The notes beneath the pieces were generated by a model. It was not told where the DNA came from. It ran no database searches and was given only the letters and a program-made list of their open reading frames with translations. Position numbers and translations under genes: made by a program. Below, piece by piece: positions 51,682 through 61,869 of a DNA stretch of 64,000 bases; position 1 is the first letter of the stretch, and every line of letters starts with the position of its first letter. The stretch comes from Felis catus (taxonomy: Eukaryota), in the NCBI RefSeq assembly GCF_018350175.1, contig NC_058368.1, positions 108,750,001 through 108,814,000 on the forward strand, given 5' to 3'.

Positions 51682-51687
51682 TTTATT
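51682..51687 (-). terminator. Poly(A) signal AATAAA of the IL3-like paralog
   Basis: Minus-strand context gaaaAATAAAcc, about 275 nt after the stop codon. Similar to the IL3 poly(A) context gaaAATAAAcc. Confidence 0.7.
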
Positions 51688-51789
51688 TTTCACAGAAGAG
51701 AAGAAACACTTTTGAAATCTGAAATACGAATGAAAATGGCTTCATATTACCTCTGGGCTCTGTTCAGAGACTTCTGAGAGGGTCTCCAT

Positions 51790-51850
51790 TATTAAAATAA
51801 ATAACTCCACGATAGCATGGACAATAAATAAATTGCTATATAAATAAGAT
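51790..51850 (-). promoter_or_regulatory. 3'UTR AU-rich element of the IL3-like paralog
   Basis: Four ATTTA pentamers on the minus strand (plus-strand TAAAT at 51798, 51825, 51829, 51841), arranged like the IL3 AU-rich element. Confidence 0.75.
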
Positions 51851-51960
51851 TGTCAGTGAGATCTGTGACAGAGTGGAGCATTAGATGGAATATCTAGGAG
51901 GAGAGCTGGGGACCCAGGACCTGAGCTCAAATCTGAACCCTGACAGTGCAAAGACCCCAA

Positions 51961-53535
51961 CTAAGGTGTTCTACGTGAGGCTTTGAAAGTTTCTGGGCAC
52001 TTCAGTAATGGCTTCAGGAAATCATCCAGGGCTTCCAGGAAGACAAGCAGCTTCTCTGAGAACTCATTAACATCTTCTGCTTCGATATGCACTTCTCTCT
52101 TTGAAGAAAGCAGAAATTTCGGTCAGGTATGAAGGAGGTAGAAGGAATGTGACAGGTGTCATACTCAGCCTGGGCAGTGGGCATCCCAGCCACACTCGGC
52201 CTGGACAGCTTACCTGGGATGTGGGCGTGGGCATGGTCAAGTTTTGCAGCAATTCCTGTAGACCAGAGACAAGAGAGGCCAGTCAGCCTTTTGGGGGAAA
52301 GCCAGGAACACAACAGGAGCTTCACTAGTAGCTGGGAGGTATCAGTGTCTCCCTGCCAGTGACTGTACATAAGAAAGTACTAGGTGGTAGCTCTGCCCCC
52401 AGCTATGAGGGGTTGGTGGCAGGAGAGGGGGTAGGAATTTGGGGGTGGGCGTGAAAAGTGCTGTTGCTATTTTGGAAAAGGGAAAGACAAGGCCATGCAC
52501 TCTGACCTGGAATAGGGTTCCTTGGGGTCGTGGAGACCCAGTGCCAGAGAGACCCTCCCCAACCTCACAAACCTCCAGGTAGTCCAGATTTTTACTGATG
52601 GATGACACTACACTAGAGACATTGATGAACTTCTCTGAGATGGTCCGGAAGGCAGCCAGGTTAGACTTCAGAAGGGTCTTGTCCTGTAGGACAAAGAGTG
52701 CATGAGGGAGGGCTAAGGAGGGGCTGTCCTTCTCCCGGTCTTGTGTGTCATCCCTCCTGCCTCCTTTCCGGAATGCCTTTCCCAGCATCCTCTGTCACCT
52801 CCCCCAGCTCTCTACGTGACCACCCTGCCCTGCCCCAGACCAGGAAGGACCCAGCTGCCCCAAGACAACTGAGGTGGTCACAGCACATCGTGGCAAAGCT
52901 TAGCCAAGGCATGGCATGTCCTACCTCCTGGCTTCAGATGGGCTGGGGAAGGAGGCTGGGTGAATAGGGAACTTCGTGAACCAGCTACCAAAAGAGCTCA
53001 AGGGGAAGGAGGCCAGCTTTGCCACCATAAAATTGTAGAACTCCCATACTTGGAAATAAACATCTACTACACAACCCCCCATGAGGCAATGAATATGCTG
53101 ATGGAAGTATTTGCACTGAAGACGCCAGACAAAAGATTAAGGCTCAGATGTGACCATCCAGGGGTGCCTGACCCAAATGCACCCAAGTCACCAGCGACAC
53201 GATGGCAGTCACTTCCAGGGAGACAGGGGGCCCTTGGGTCTGAGCTCTCACCTTCAGCTCTAGCAGCAGATTAAACTCTTCAGGTGTCTGCAGGGGCAAA
53301 GAGAGAGAACCGTGAGTGCCTCTGGCCTGAGACTGCCAGGCCATCCCTGCCCATGTCCAGTGTGTCCCCAAGTACTCACAGAGGTAGTGTTCAGCTTAGA
53401 GTCGATTTCAGAGATGATGTCCCAGTACTCGCAGGAGTCCTGACCTGGGGTACCAGAGGTCCCTGAATGCAGGGACTTGGGGAGGCTGAAGGGAAGGAAG
53501 ATGAGGAGAAGCTGAAGACAGAAGGATCTACACAT
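51961..53535 (-). CDS. IL3-like cytokine (divergent interleukin-3 paralog), 5 exons, 160 aa: exons 53535-53380, 53287-53252, 52683-52573, 52255-52214, 52098-51961
   Basis: All introns are GT-AG and phase 0, as in IL3. Spliced protein: MCRSFCLQLLLIFLPFSLPKSLHSGTSGTPGQDSCEYWDIISEIDSKLNTTS/TPEEFNLLLELK/DKTLLKSNLAAFRTISEKFINVSSVVSSISKNLDYLE/ELLQNLTMPTPTSQ/REVHIEAEDVNEFSEKLLVFLEALDDFLKPLLKCPETFKASRRTP*. Signal peptide present, exon-by-exon similarity to the IL3 gene in this window, no stops or frameshifts. Confidence 0.88.
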
Positions 53536-53584
53536 CTTTGAGTTTCTGAAAGCTAACGTGGTCCTCCCTGGCCCTATGGAATCT

Positions 53585-53950
53585 GAAGTGGTCCGATCTG
53601 CTTGCTCTCTTATAGGCCCAATGGAGGGGGTAGGGCAGGGCGGGAAACGGGGTGATGAGGGATGTTCAGAGAAGCCCCAGATGGGCTGATACCCTTTTCT
53701 GATAGGGAACCTCCATGACAAACATATCAATGTATTCATCATTCTCTGGAACCCACGATCAGTAAAACTTGAAAACAACATTCTCAAAAGGTTTCACCTC
53801 ACCTCACCAAGGAAAATAAGAACGATTGCTCACCGGATAGAGTGGGCAACCTGGCTCTGAGCTCACCTGGGCCTGTTTGTGCCTCTCCCCAGCCAGGATC
53901 TGGTCCTGTTGTCCCTTGGACAGCTCTGATTCTCTGCCACCCACCTTTGC
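53585..53950 (-). promoter_or_regulatory. Promoter of the IL3-like paralog (homologous to the IL3 promoter)
   Basis: Minus strand: TATAAG 53614-53609, GC box 53638-53644, CK1/kB-like GGAGGTTCCC 53714-53705, GATGAATA 53740-53733. Alignable by eye with IL3 promoter 59440-59720. Confidence 0.8.
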
Positions 53951-54291
53951 TGGCCTCCCCTTCTGAGTGACAGCCAAGATTTTGCCCGGCAACATCATTT
54001 CTATGGTTAACCATCTGCATGAAGGCTCAACCACTTAGAAAAGCAGTTCTTAGGAGCCTGGAACGCTATGTTACTAGCATGAAGTCCCAACGTTGTCACC
54101 TCACAGTTTTGGGACAGTTTCTTTGAGAATCAGGAGTATGGAGCTGAAGGTCCTGTATGTCTGCCCTTCCCTTGGCTTGTGGTTTTACCTGAGATAAATA
54201 CTACCAACACAATAGGAACATCTGTCCCAATTCTTTGTGTTCCAGGTGAGCAACCAGAGAGTGACAGGCACTGAATACACATACATTTTTA

Positions 54292-54417
54292 GGGGCATCT
54301 GGGTGGCTCAGTCAGTTAAACATCTGACTCTTGATTTCAGCTCAGGTCATGATCTCACGATTCGTGAGATCGAGCCCCTTCCTGGGCTCTGTGCTGATAC
54401 CACTGCGCCTGCTTGGG

Positions 54418-54467
<50 letters not shown>

Positions 54468-54524
54468 CACCCCCCGTCCTCTCTGCTCTTTCCCCACTCA
54501 TGCTTTGTCTCTCTCATAAATAAA

Positions 54525-54583
<59 letters not shown>
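54292..54583 (+). mobile_element. Carnivore SINE with long (CT)n and (TAAA)n tail, about 700 bp upstream of the IL3-like paralog start site
   Basis: SINE head and microsatellite tail. Confidence 0.9.
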
Positions 54584-54584
<1 letters not shown>

Positions 54585-56729
54585 GACTGGCATGACTATC
54601 CCAGTTACCTGATATTAGAGCTGAGGTTAGTAGACCTGAAATTGACAAACAGAACATCTACATTCCAAACCCAACTGTACTTGGGAGCACTTCCCCTGTA
54701 ACACATCTGGTCTGGACCATCCTTCAGAAAGCTTAGCTTTCCCTTCCTCAGTCTTCCCGGATAGTCCAGGCTAGGGGAGAATGACCCATTTCTAGGCTTT
54801 CTCCTTTCCAGGCTTATTATTCTAAACTGTGATTTTCTATCTGTCTCCTCCATTAGACTGAATTTGGGAAGGAGGTCCACTTGGCACAGATGGGCCCCAA
54901 GGAGGCCATATCCACAGCATGGAATGGAAAGCTGAGGGTATACAGTGTGAGGCTATGCAGGCCCTGGGGAAGGGATACACAGCTGGGTGAAAAGGAGGCC
55001 ACACCTCCCTTTAACCGAAGCTCTCTCTTCAGGTGAGCATATGAAACCTGATAGCACTGCTTGGCCAGCCAGGAGCCCTGTGCTGCCTTCTGTATTGACA
55101 AAACCAGATGGTGTGGTTCTGCTACCAGCGGAAGCTTGACTGAGGTCATGGGCAGACTAAATCTGACACAGGATATCATAGAGAGGGTGGCAGGGGAGTT
55201 TGTCATGATGACTGAGGCCTGGGTCCCTACTGGTGGTGGGCACCCCAGAAAATCCCATGAGGTCTGTGGGGGTGAGTGACGGGAAAGAGATGTGGATGGG
55301 CCCACGTTAGATAGGCCCTACAGGCCACGACCTTGAACACTGTGCCCCATTCTGAATAAATCCAGACCACAGGCCTACAGAGATCCATTGGAAGGGGCCC
55401 AGAGACCCACCCTGAAAGCCATAAGATCTTTTTTCTGCAGACTGCAATCAGCAGTCCTGGGTTGGCTCTCCTACCTCGGCCCTAGCAGGGCCTCCCTTGT
55501 GCCACCCATGGCTGGGCATCCTCAGCTCATTTCCCTTCCTGATTGCAATCAGCCCGGTCTGCAGAGGAGGCTTTTCCTAGGTTGGGGCTGACGCAAACGC
55601 CTGGGGTGGAATCATTTTTTTTACAGGGGGCCAGGCCTCTCCCCAGGGGTTGGGCATGTCTGTGGCCTGCAGGAGACCAAGGAGGTTCCTGTGATTTCAC
55701 CTGAAGCAGTTCCTTTATAGTCAAGGCAAACCTCAAGGGAGACTTCCAAAGGAGGCCCCTGTCTCCTGGTTGCCCTGAGATGTTGTGGAAGCACGGGGAG
55801 GGTACTCGGTTGTCCTCCTCAGCTGAGCAGCCCCCTTTGATGTGCATGTGCTTTGTGGAGTGTGACTCTGTTCCTTGCACAGGACTAAGTGCTGGGCTGC
55901 ACTCAAAGGGCCTCTCCAGGGGGACTGGGCCCAATACCTCCTGCCTCCCTTGTTCTGGCCATCGCTGCTCCTTTCTCTGTCCATCTCAGCCTCTTCCTCT
56001 GGCCCCATCACCCTGCCTCAGGGGCCTTCCATTCTATACTCTGGACTAGAAAGACTTTGGATTCGCCCAACCTCCTTTCCCTTTAACCCAGACTACCAAC
56101 CCCTTAAGGTTATACCCAGGCAGTCAGTTCAGAGCCTCTAACTCCACCTCCCTAAATCCTTAGGAGCTGACTTTGCCTCCTATTTCACAGGAGACACAGA
56201 AACCGTTGTCCTCATCTGCCACCAAACTGGTGGACTCAATCCATGGCACCTTCCCTGCTGGATGGACTGGACCCACCCAAATGGACTTTCCCTGAGGCTT
56301 CTGCTCAGGTGAGCATGTGACGCCTGATGCTGGAAGCCCTCCCCGTGTGTAACACCCTCGGCCACCCACTGCACCGGCCCACCATCCAGCTATCAGGCCC
56401 ATTCTCAGCTCACCTCCAGCACAGAGATCCTCAAGCTTCTCTGCCTGGAAAGATCCTTCTCTGACTCACTGACTCCTCCAGCTGCCCCATCTCTCTTCTT
56501 CCCTTCAGAATAAAACTTCACAGCATCTACTACCCTGTCTCACCTTCACTCATTCCTCAGCCCACTGCCACCAGCATCTGCCCTCAGGGCACACTAAAAC
56601 TGCTCCCCCAGAGGCACCAGTGTCCTCTCTGTCAATAATCCCAGGGACTACATCTTACCTTCACCATAAGGTCCCCCTCTCACCACCCTGCATTACTCCC
56701 TAATCTATTACTTTGTGGTGCTCAGCCTC

Positions 56730-56930
56730 TGGGGTCAGAGAGACCTGCTTGCATTCAGTTGTGGTGACATCACTTCCTAGCTGTGGGAACCAAACCTCTC
56801 TGAGCCTCAGTTTCCTCAGCTGTAAAATGGTGATAATAATAGTACCTGCCCCATAAGCTCATTGCGAGGATTAAATGAGTCAACTAGTGAAAAGGACTTA
56901 CTTAGTGTCCAGCATTTACTAAGTGTCACT
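56730..56930 (+). mobile_element. MIR fragment
   Basis: ctctctgagcctcagtttcctcagctgtaaaatggtgataataatagtacct...gaggattaaatgag MIR core. Other MIR fragments at about 1800-1960, 5100-5250, 8540-8670, 16560-16690, 19290-19440 and 60190-60350. Confidence 0.8.
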
Positions 56931-57689
56931 CAGGGGAATTTAGCTGTTAGAGTCTTTACCTCCATGCAGTTCTCTGCCTCCCCATCATCTGTGGTCCAGA
57001 GAACTCCCCACCCCCCACTGACCACCACAGTGTCCTGACTATTCCTAGCCATTCTCCCCACAGTAGCTAACCTCGGCTTCCCAGAACCCAAACTTTCCAG
57101 GACCATACTCCTGAACACTCCACAATTCTTTCGATGCTTCTAGCATGAAGCCTAAACCTCATTCTCCTTTGATAGATTTTGTAAGTATTTTTAAAACTGG
57201 AGACAAATACTATAAATGTGGAGACTTACAGTAGCACTACTCAGGGGTTTTCTTTGCTATAATGGAATGCAAAGTCAGGACTTTTAAGGGAGGATTTGCA
57301 GGAAATATTCAGCCTCCCTAGCTTTAAAACCCACTGAGCTTTAAAATTTCCTCAAAAAAATCTCTTTGAATTAAAAAAAAATAGAGGCTTCTCTCTGTAA
57401 GAAATCACACATTTTTGTACACAGGTCCCCAAAACTTTTATATAGAAGGTAACACCAATCCACGGTTGATTAGTCAAGAAGCCCTGTGTCTCTGGGTCAA
57501 GGATCCCCAGCCCTGCTTGTGTGGAGTACTTTATTTCTTTTTTTTTCAGTTTTAAGCTCCAAGTCTAATAGGGCGGATGAGAACAAACAGTCCTTTCTAG
57601 TCCAGAGAAAGAGCAAACGTTACATGAGAGAGGGCAGATGATAACAGCAGCTCACATTTATTAAGCTCTTGTATTATGAGTTGAGTACT

Positions 57690-57695
57690 TTTATT

Positions 57696-57746
<51 letters not shown>

Positions 57747-57886
57747 TAGTAGAGGGAGAGGGGAAGAGGGGGAGAGGAGCAGAGTGAGAGAGACAGAATC
57801 TTAAGCAAGCTCAATCCTGTGACCCTGGGATCATGACCTGAGCCGAAATCAAGAGCTGGACGCTTAACTGACTGAGCCACCCAGGC
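57690..57886 (-). mobile_element. Carnivore SINE with (TTTA)n tail, followed by a MER5-like hAT fossil (about 57910-58065)
   Basis: Reverse SINE, then gaatcacctgagagtcttgtcaaa...gattcagaaagtctggggtgaggcctgagcatctacacttctaacaagctccc MER5 signature. Confidence 0.8.
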
Positions 57887-59659
57887 AGCGCAAGAGTCAA
57901 GTACTTTAAATCAGTACTTCTGCAATGTCGTGTGAATCACCTGAGAGTCTTGTCAAAACGTAATTTTTGATTCAGAAAGTCTGGGGTGAGGCCTGAGCAT
58001 CTACACTTCTAACAAGCTCCCAAGTGACCTGAAGCGGCAGTTCTGAGGTCCAAGACGGAAGTAGCAAGGCTTGCGATCTGTCTCTCCCTACAAGATTGTT
58101 TCTTAAGAGAAGGGACCAAGTCTGTTCTATTTCCAGTGCTTACACACAACTAATAGTTTGTTGAATAAATTATGCCTAGTGAGTACCTCGCTGTAAACTT
58201 TCCTGTGTTGCTTCATTTCACTGTGCCTTGGAGACACTCTTCATGCTTTCTGAGGATGCTCTGAGCCCAGATCCCAGGCTCCTTCCTTGCCCGTGGCTGA
58301 GCAGGGAGCCGTGCATTCTGGCTAAGGGCACTATTCTCTCAGCACTGTCTTGGGTCACAGCCTCTTCACCTGCCTCCTCTTCAGCCACATCCTGGTCCTT
58401 GTCTTTACCAGATCTGCTCCTGCTCAGAGGCGTGAAACACCCAAGTTCCTCAGCATAGCCTTCTATCCTTCATCTCCCCACACTGTTTGTATCAGACCTC
58501 CACCTGACCCCTAGCTCTTTCACCCCGCCTCTCCTGTTCCGCCACTCCGGGCCCCGTTATCTCAAAGAACTCTTCTCCATGCCCTGCCACATTTTTCCCC
58601 TTTGCCAAAACCCCCTGTCCTGGGCCTGTGTCAGGGCCTGACACACCTCATGGGGCAGTGGTCCCCCCCTCCCTTCAGGGGCTGCCTCTGGGCCCCCTAC
58701 CCTCCTGGTTTTCCTGCTTCTTCTCTAGCTGCTGCCTCTCTGGTTCTCTATGGACTCCTCCATGGTCTGTCCCGGCCCACTTCTCTGCTGAGCACAGCTT
58801 CCCTACCCAGCCTGTGCCTGCCAAATCCGAGCTCCCACAGACTGGGGTCAGGACCCCTGCAATACAGCTCTCTCCACTGTTCACCTGCCCCTATCACTAG
58901 AGACCCAGCCTGACACCAAAAGCTGCCCTCCCCTCCTCCCTTGCCTCGCCTCTCAGAGCTTCCAATTCTACTTCCGAAAACTTCCCAGGCCAGCCTCCTC
59001 CCCCTGTTTCCCAGTGACAGTTTTCTCAAAGACCCCTATCCTCAGGGGCCCAGGCCCAGCTCCTCCGTGCTACCAAAGGGACTGCCCAGTGCTTGCCACC
59101 AGGCCTCTGCTAGGGGTTAAGATCTCAAAACACAGGACAGAGTCAGGCTGTCAGACCAATGAAAGAAGAATGGGCATCCAGTGCCTGGGCTCCATCTGCC
59201 CCCTGCTAGGACCAGAAAGTGTTGAGGAGAAGCAACCTAAAGGCCATGAGGCAAACCATTGGGGACATTAATACCAGTAACTCAGCATGGGGGTGGGAGA
59301 TGTCAAGAGATGTGCTTCTCAGTGGATGAGCCCACATGTGAATACTTAGCTGTGTGACAGGCTTCCAGACAAATCCTTGTCTGTTCCTGTGGGCCTTCAC
59401 CTGGACACCCACACAGGACCAGGTGGAGCCAGGCAGAGAGGGCAACAGAGGGTCAGTCAGAGCTGGCCAGGGGATGGTAGGACCAGGTCCCACTGCGCAG
59501 GAGGCTTGAGTGAGCTCAGAGTCAGGCAGCCCCTCACCTGTCAGAGGGGTCCTTTCACCTGTTCCCACTCTGTCCAGTGGCCAGCCCATCTTATTCTCCT
59601 AGGCAAAATGAGGAGATACCCTCTGAGTAATTTTTTTCCAAGTTTCAGTGATCTCCAGC

Positions 59660-59790
59660 ACTAGAAAGTGATGAATAAGTCTGTGGTTTGCTATGGGGGT
59701 TCCATGTCAGATAAAGATTCTTCCGACGTCCGCCCCTTCCTACACCACCAGGGTGTAGGCACACTGCCTCAGCGCATAAAAGACGGGAGA
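59660..59790 (+). promoter_or_regulatory. IL3: IL3 proximal promoter
   Basis: ATGAATAA (ACT-1/NF-IL3A-type, 59671-59678), TGTGGT RUNX site (59682-59687), CK1 GGGGGTTCCAT (59695-59705), TCAGATAA CK2/GATA (59707-59714), GC box, and CATAAAA TATA variant (59775-59781). Same order as recalled for the human IL3 promoter. Confidence 0.85.
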
Positions 59791-59856
59791 CTGTTGGATG
59801 CTTCAGAACGCCACGAAGGACCAGGACAAGACAGAAAAGACCCTGACAGCTTGAAC

Positions 59857-61635
59857 ATGAGCAACCTTCCCATCATGTACCTTCTCCTGCTTCTTCTTGG
59901 ATTCCAAGCGCCTCAGGCACAGGGGCGGCCCTTTCCAACTTACCAGCTGAACCAATACTTGGCAAAGATTGATGAAATTATGAAGATCTTAAACAAGTTA
60001 CCCTTGCCTTCACAGGTGAGTAACTGGGATAAAGTTGGCATAGGGTAGGGAGGGCTAGCAGGTGCTTCAGGCCAATAGGACTAATGGACTCTCTCTTCCT
60101 CTGCCCCCACAGGACCCCTTGGACCCAAATGAGACAGAGATCCTGAGGGTAAGCACTCAGCCCACACTTGGGTGCACTTGGATCCCAATCTACTTCCTCC
60201 AGGGTGACCTCGGGCATGTCACACCATCTTGCCTAGCCTCCGTTTTTCATCTGTAAATAGGATTAACAGTATCTATCTCAGTGGATCATTGTGAGAATTA
60301 AGTGGGACAAATGCATAGAGTCACCAGACCAGTGTCTGGTGCTAACTAGTGTTGAATACATTTCCTCAGCCATATCTATAACATGAAAATGCCTTTTTTT
60401 AAACAAATACAAATGAAAAGGCAGCTCTAGGTGAACAATTCCAAAGGCCTTAAGTTCATCATTTTTCAGTGGAGCAGCCTAAAATTTCCCCCATGAACAT
60501 GCCTGCTTTCTTCCTTTTCCTTAAGACACTGAGTCGTTTTTCATGCTGATTGGTCCTTGGCATTATCACTTACAATTACTTTTCCTACTTCCAGTTGGCT
60601 TCCATGGTTATCTCACCTTTGTTTGCATGGCGCTCCTCGGGTCCAACAAGAGGTTGAATCTCTCCCGAGTTTATTAGCCATTTGTATCCCCCTCTTTAAG
60701 GCATGCACAGTTAACAGGCTGCACCCATGTCCTGCTGGGGTCTCTGCAATTTTCCTTCTAATTTCTAGGAGCCCTTTATCCAGTCAAGGCATTAATCCTA
60801 TTATCTGGCCTCTTAGCTGCAAATATTCCCCTTGGTCAGCCCTTCACCTTTTGTAGATATTCTTTTAAGCAATGCTTCCCCCACCCAGGTGCAGAAAGAT
60901 CCACCCAGGCCCTGTATGCAGCTTACCTGGAACCAGGGAAGGTCAGGGCTAAGAAAAGTTGGCTTTCTTTGGGGTGTGCACTCACCTGTAGACCTGTGCC
61001 CTGAAGATTATCTCAGGAACTCAACTGGGCAAGAACGGGACTAGGAGGGGATTGTCCAAGGATGTCCCTGAAGGCAGTCTTGGAAAACTGGGGATGACTT
61101 CAGCCATGGGAAGGCTGAACCCCAACCTTCTCCCCTCATACGTATTCTTGGTCCCCTTAGGAAAACACCCTTCTGAGGCCAAACCTGGATGCATTCTTAA
61201 AAGCTGCAGAAAATTTCCATGAAGATGGACTGCTAATCTGGAAAAATCTTAAGGTGGGTGAAGCTGTTGAGAGCTTTGGGGATCCCTGCTTTGGCTCTGA
61301 CCAGCCTCTGGGAAGCGGGGTAGCAGGACCTGCTCCTTTTTCAGGTGAGACCCTGACTGTACGCTTTGGTCTCTTCCCACAGGAATTCCTGCCACTCCTG
61401 CCCACTCCCACACCCAGGGTAAGCTGCCCCTCGAGATGCCCCTGCAGGTGGTACTCTTAGCCATGACCTGACCTCTAGCCTGTCACCTACCTTCTAACCT
61501 AATGCCACTTTCCTGGTTTCTTCACAGGGAGACCCAATCCATATCGAGGAGGATAACTGGGTTGATTTCCAATGGAAACTGACTAAATATCTGGAAATCC
61601 TTGATAACTTTCTGAATTTCAAGGAGAAACACTGA
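59857..61635 (+). CDS. IL3: Interleukin-3, 5 exons, 143 aa: 59857-60015, 60113-60148, 61161-61253, 61383-61418, 61528-61635
   Basis: Protein: MSNLPIMYLLLLLLGFQAPQAQGRPFPTYQLNQYLAKIDEIMKILNKLPLPSQ/DPLDPNETEILR/ENTLLRPNLDAFLKAAENFHEDGLLIWKNLK/EFLPLLPTPTPR/GDPIHIEEDNWVDFQWKLTKYLEILDNFLNFKEKH*. IDEI, LxRPNLxAF and PIHI motifs of IL-3, GT-AG phase-0 introns, and synteny with ACSL6. Confidence 0.95.
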
Positions 61636-61869
61636 GTCCTAGAATTCTCCATCTGATACCCCTCCTTCTCTGGGCCTTCTCACCATGGGGCCTTGGACAT
61701 CAAACACAGCAGAACAGCTGAAGATTCTGGGATATCTCTCACATAGTCCAGAACTGGAGGGATTTCACTTTCTCCTGTGGAGTCAGATGAATTGTTAATT
61801 ATCTGATTTCTGAAATGTGCTGCCCCATTTGGCCTTTAGTGATTATAGTCTCATTTTTATCCTATTGAA

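Noticed and set aside
52321..52365. Possible extra paralog exon after tacag| (SLAGRH*)
   Set aside because: Gives an immediate stop and has no IL3 counterpart. The exon at 52255-52214 matches IL3 exon 4 and its donor context.
51961..53535. Calling the minus-strand cytokine CSF2, IL5 or KK34
   Set aside because: Five exons, promoter and 3'UTR nucleotide homology and protein motifs all point to IL3. It lacks the GM-CSF MWLQ start and cysteine pattern. KK34 is not formally excluded without a phylogeny, so no symbol is assigned.
59668..59856. Upstream in-frame extension of the IL3 exon-1 ORF (MMNKSVV...)
   Set aside because: The upstream ATGs lie 5' of the TATA-like box in the promoter. The true start is ATG 59857, before the signal peptide.
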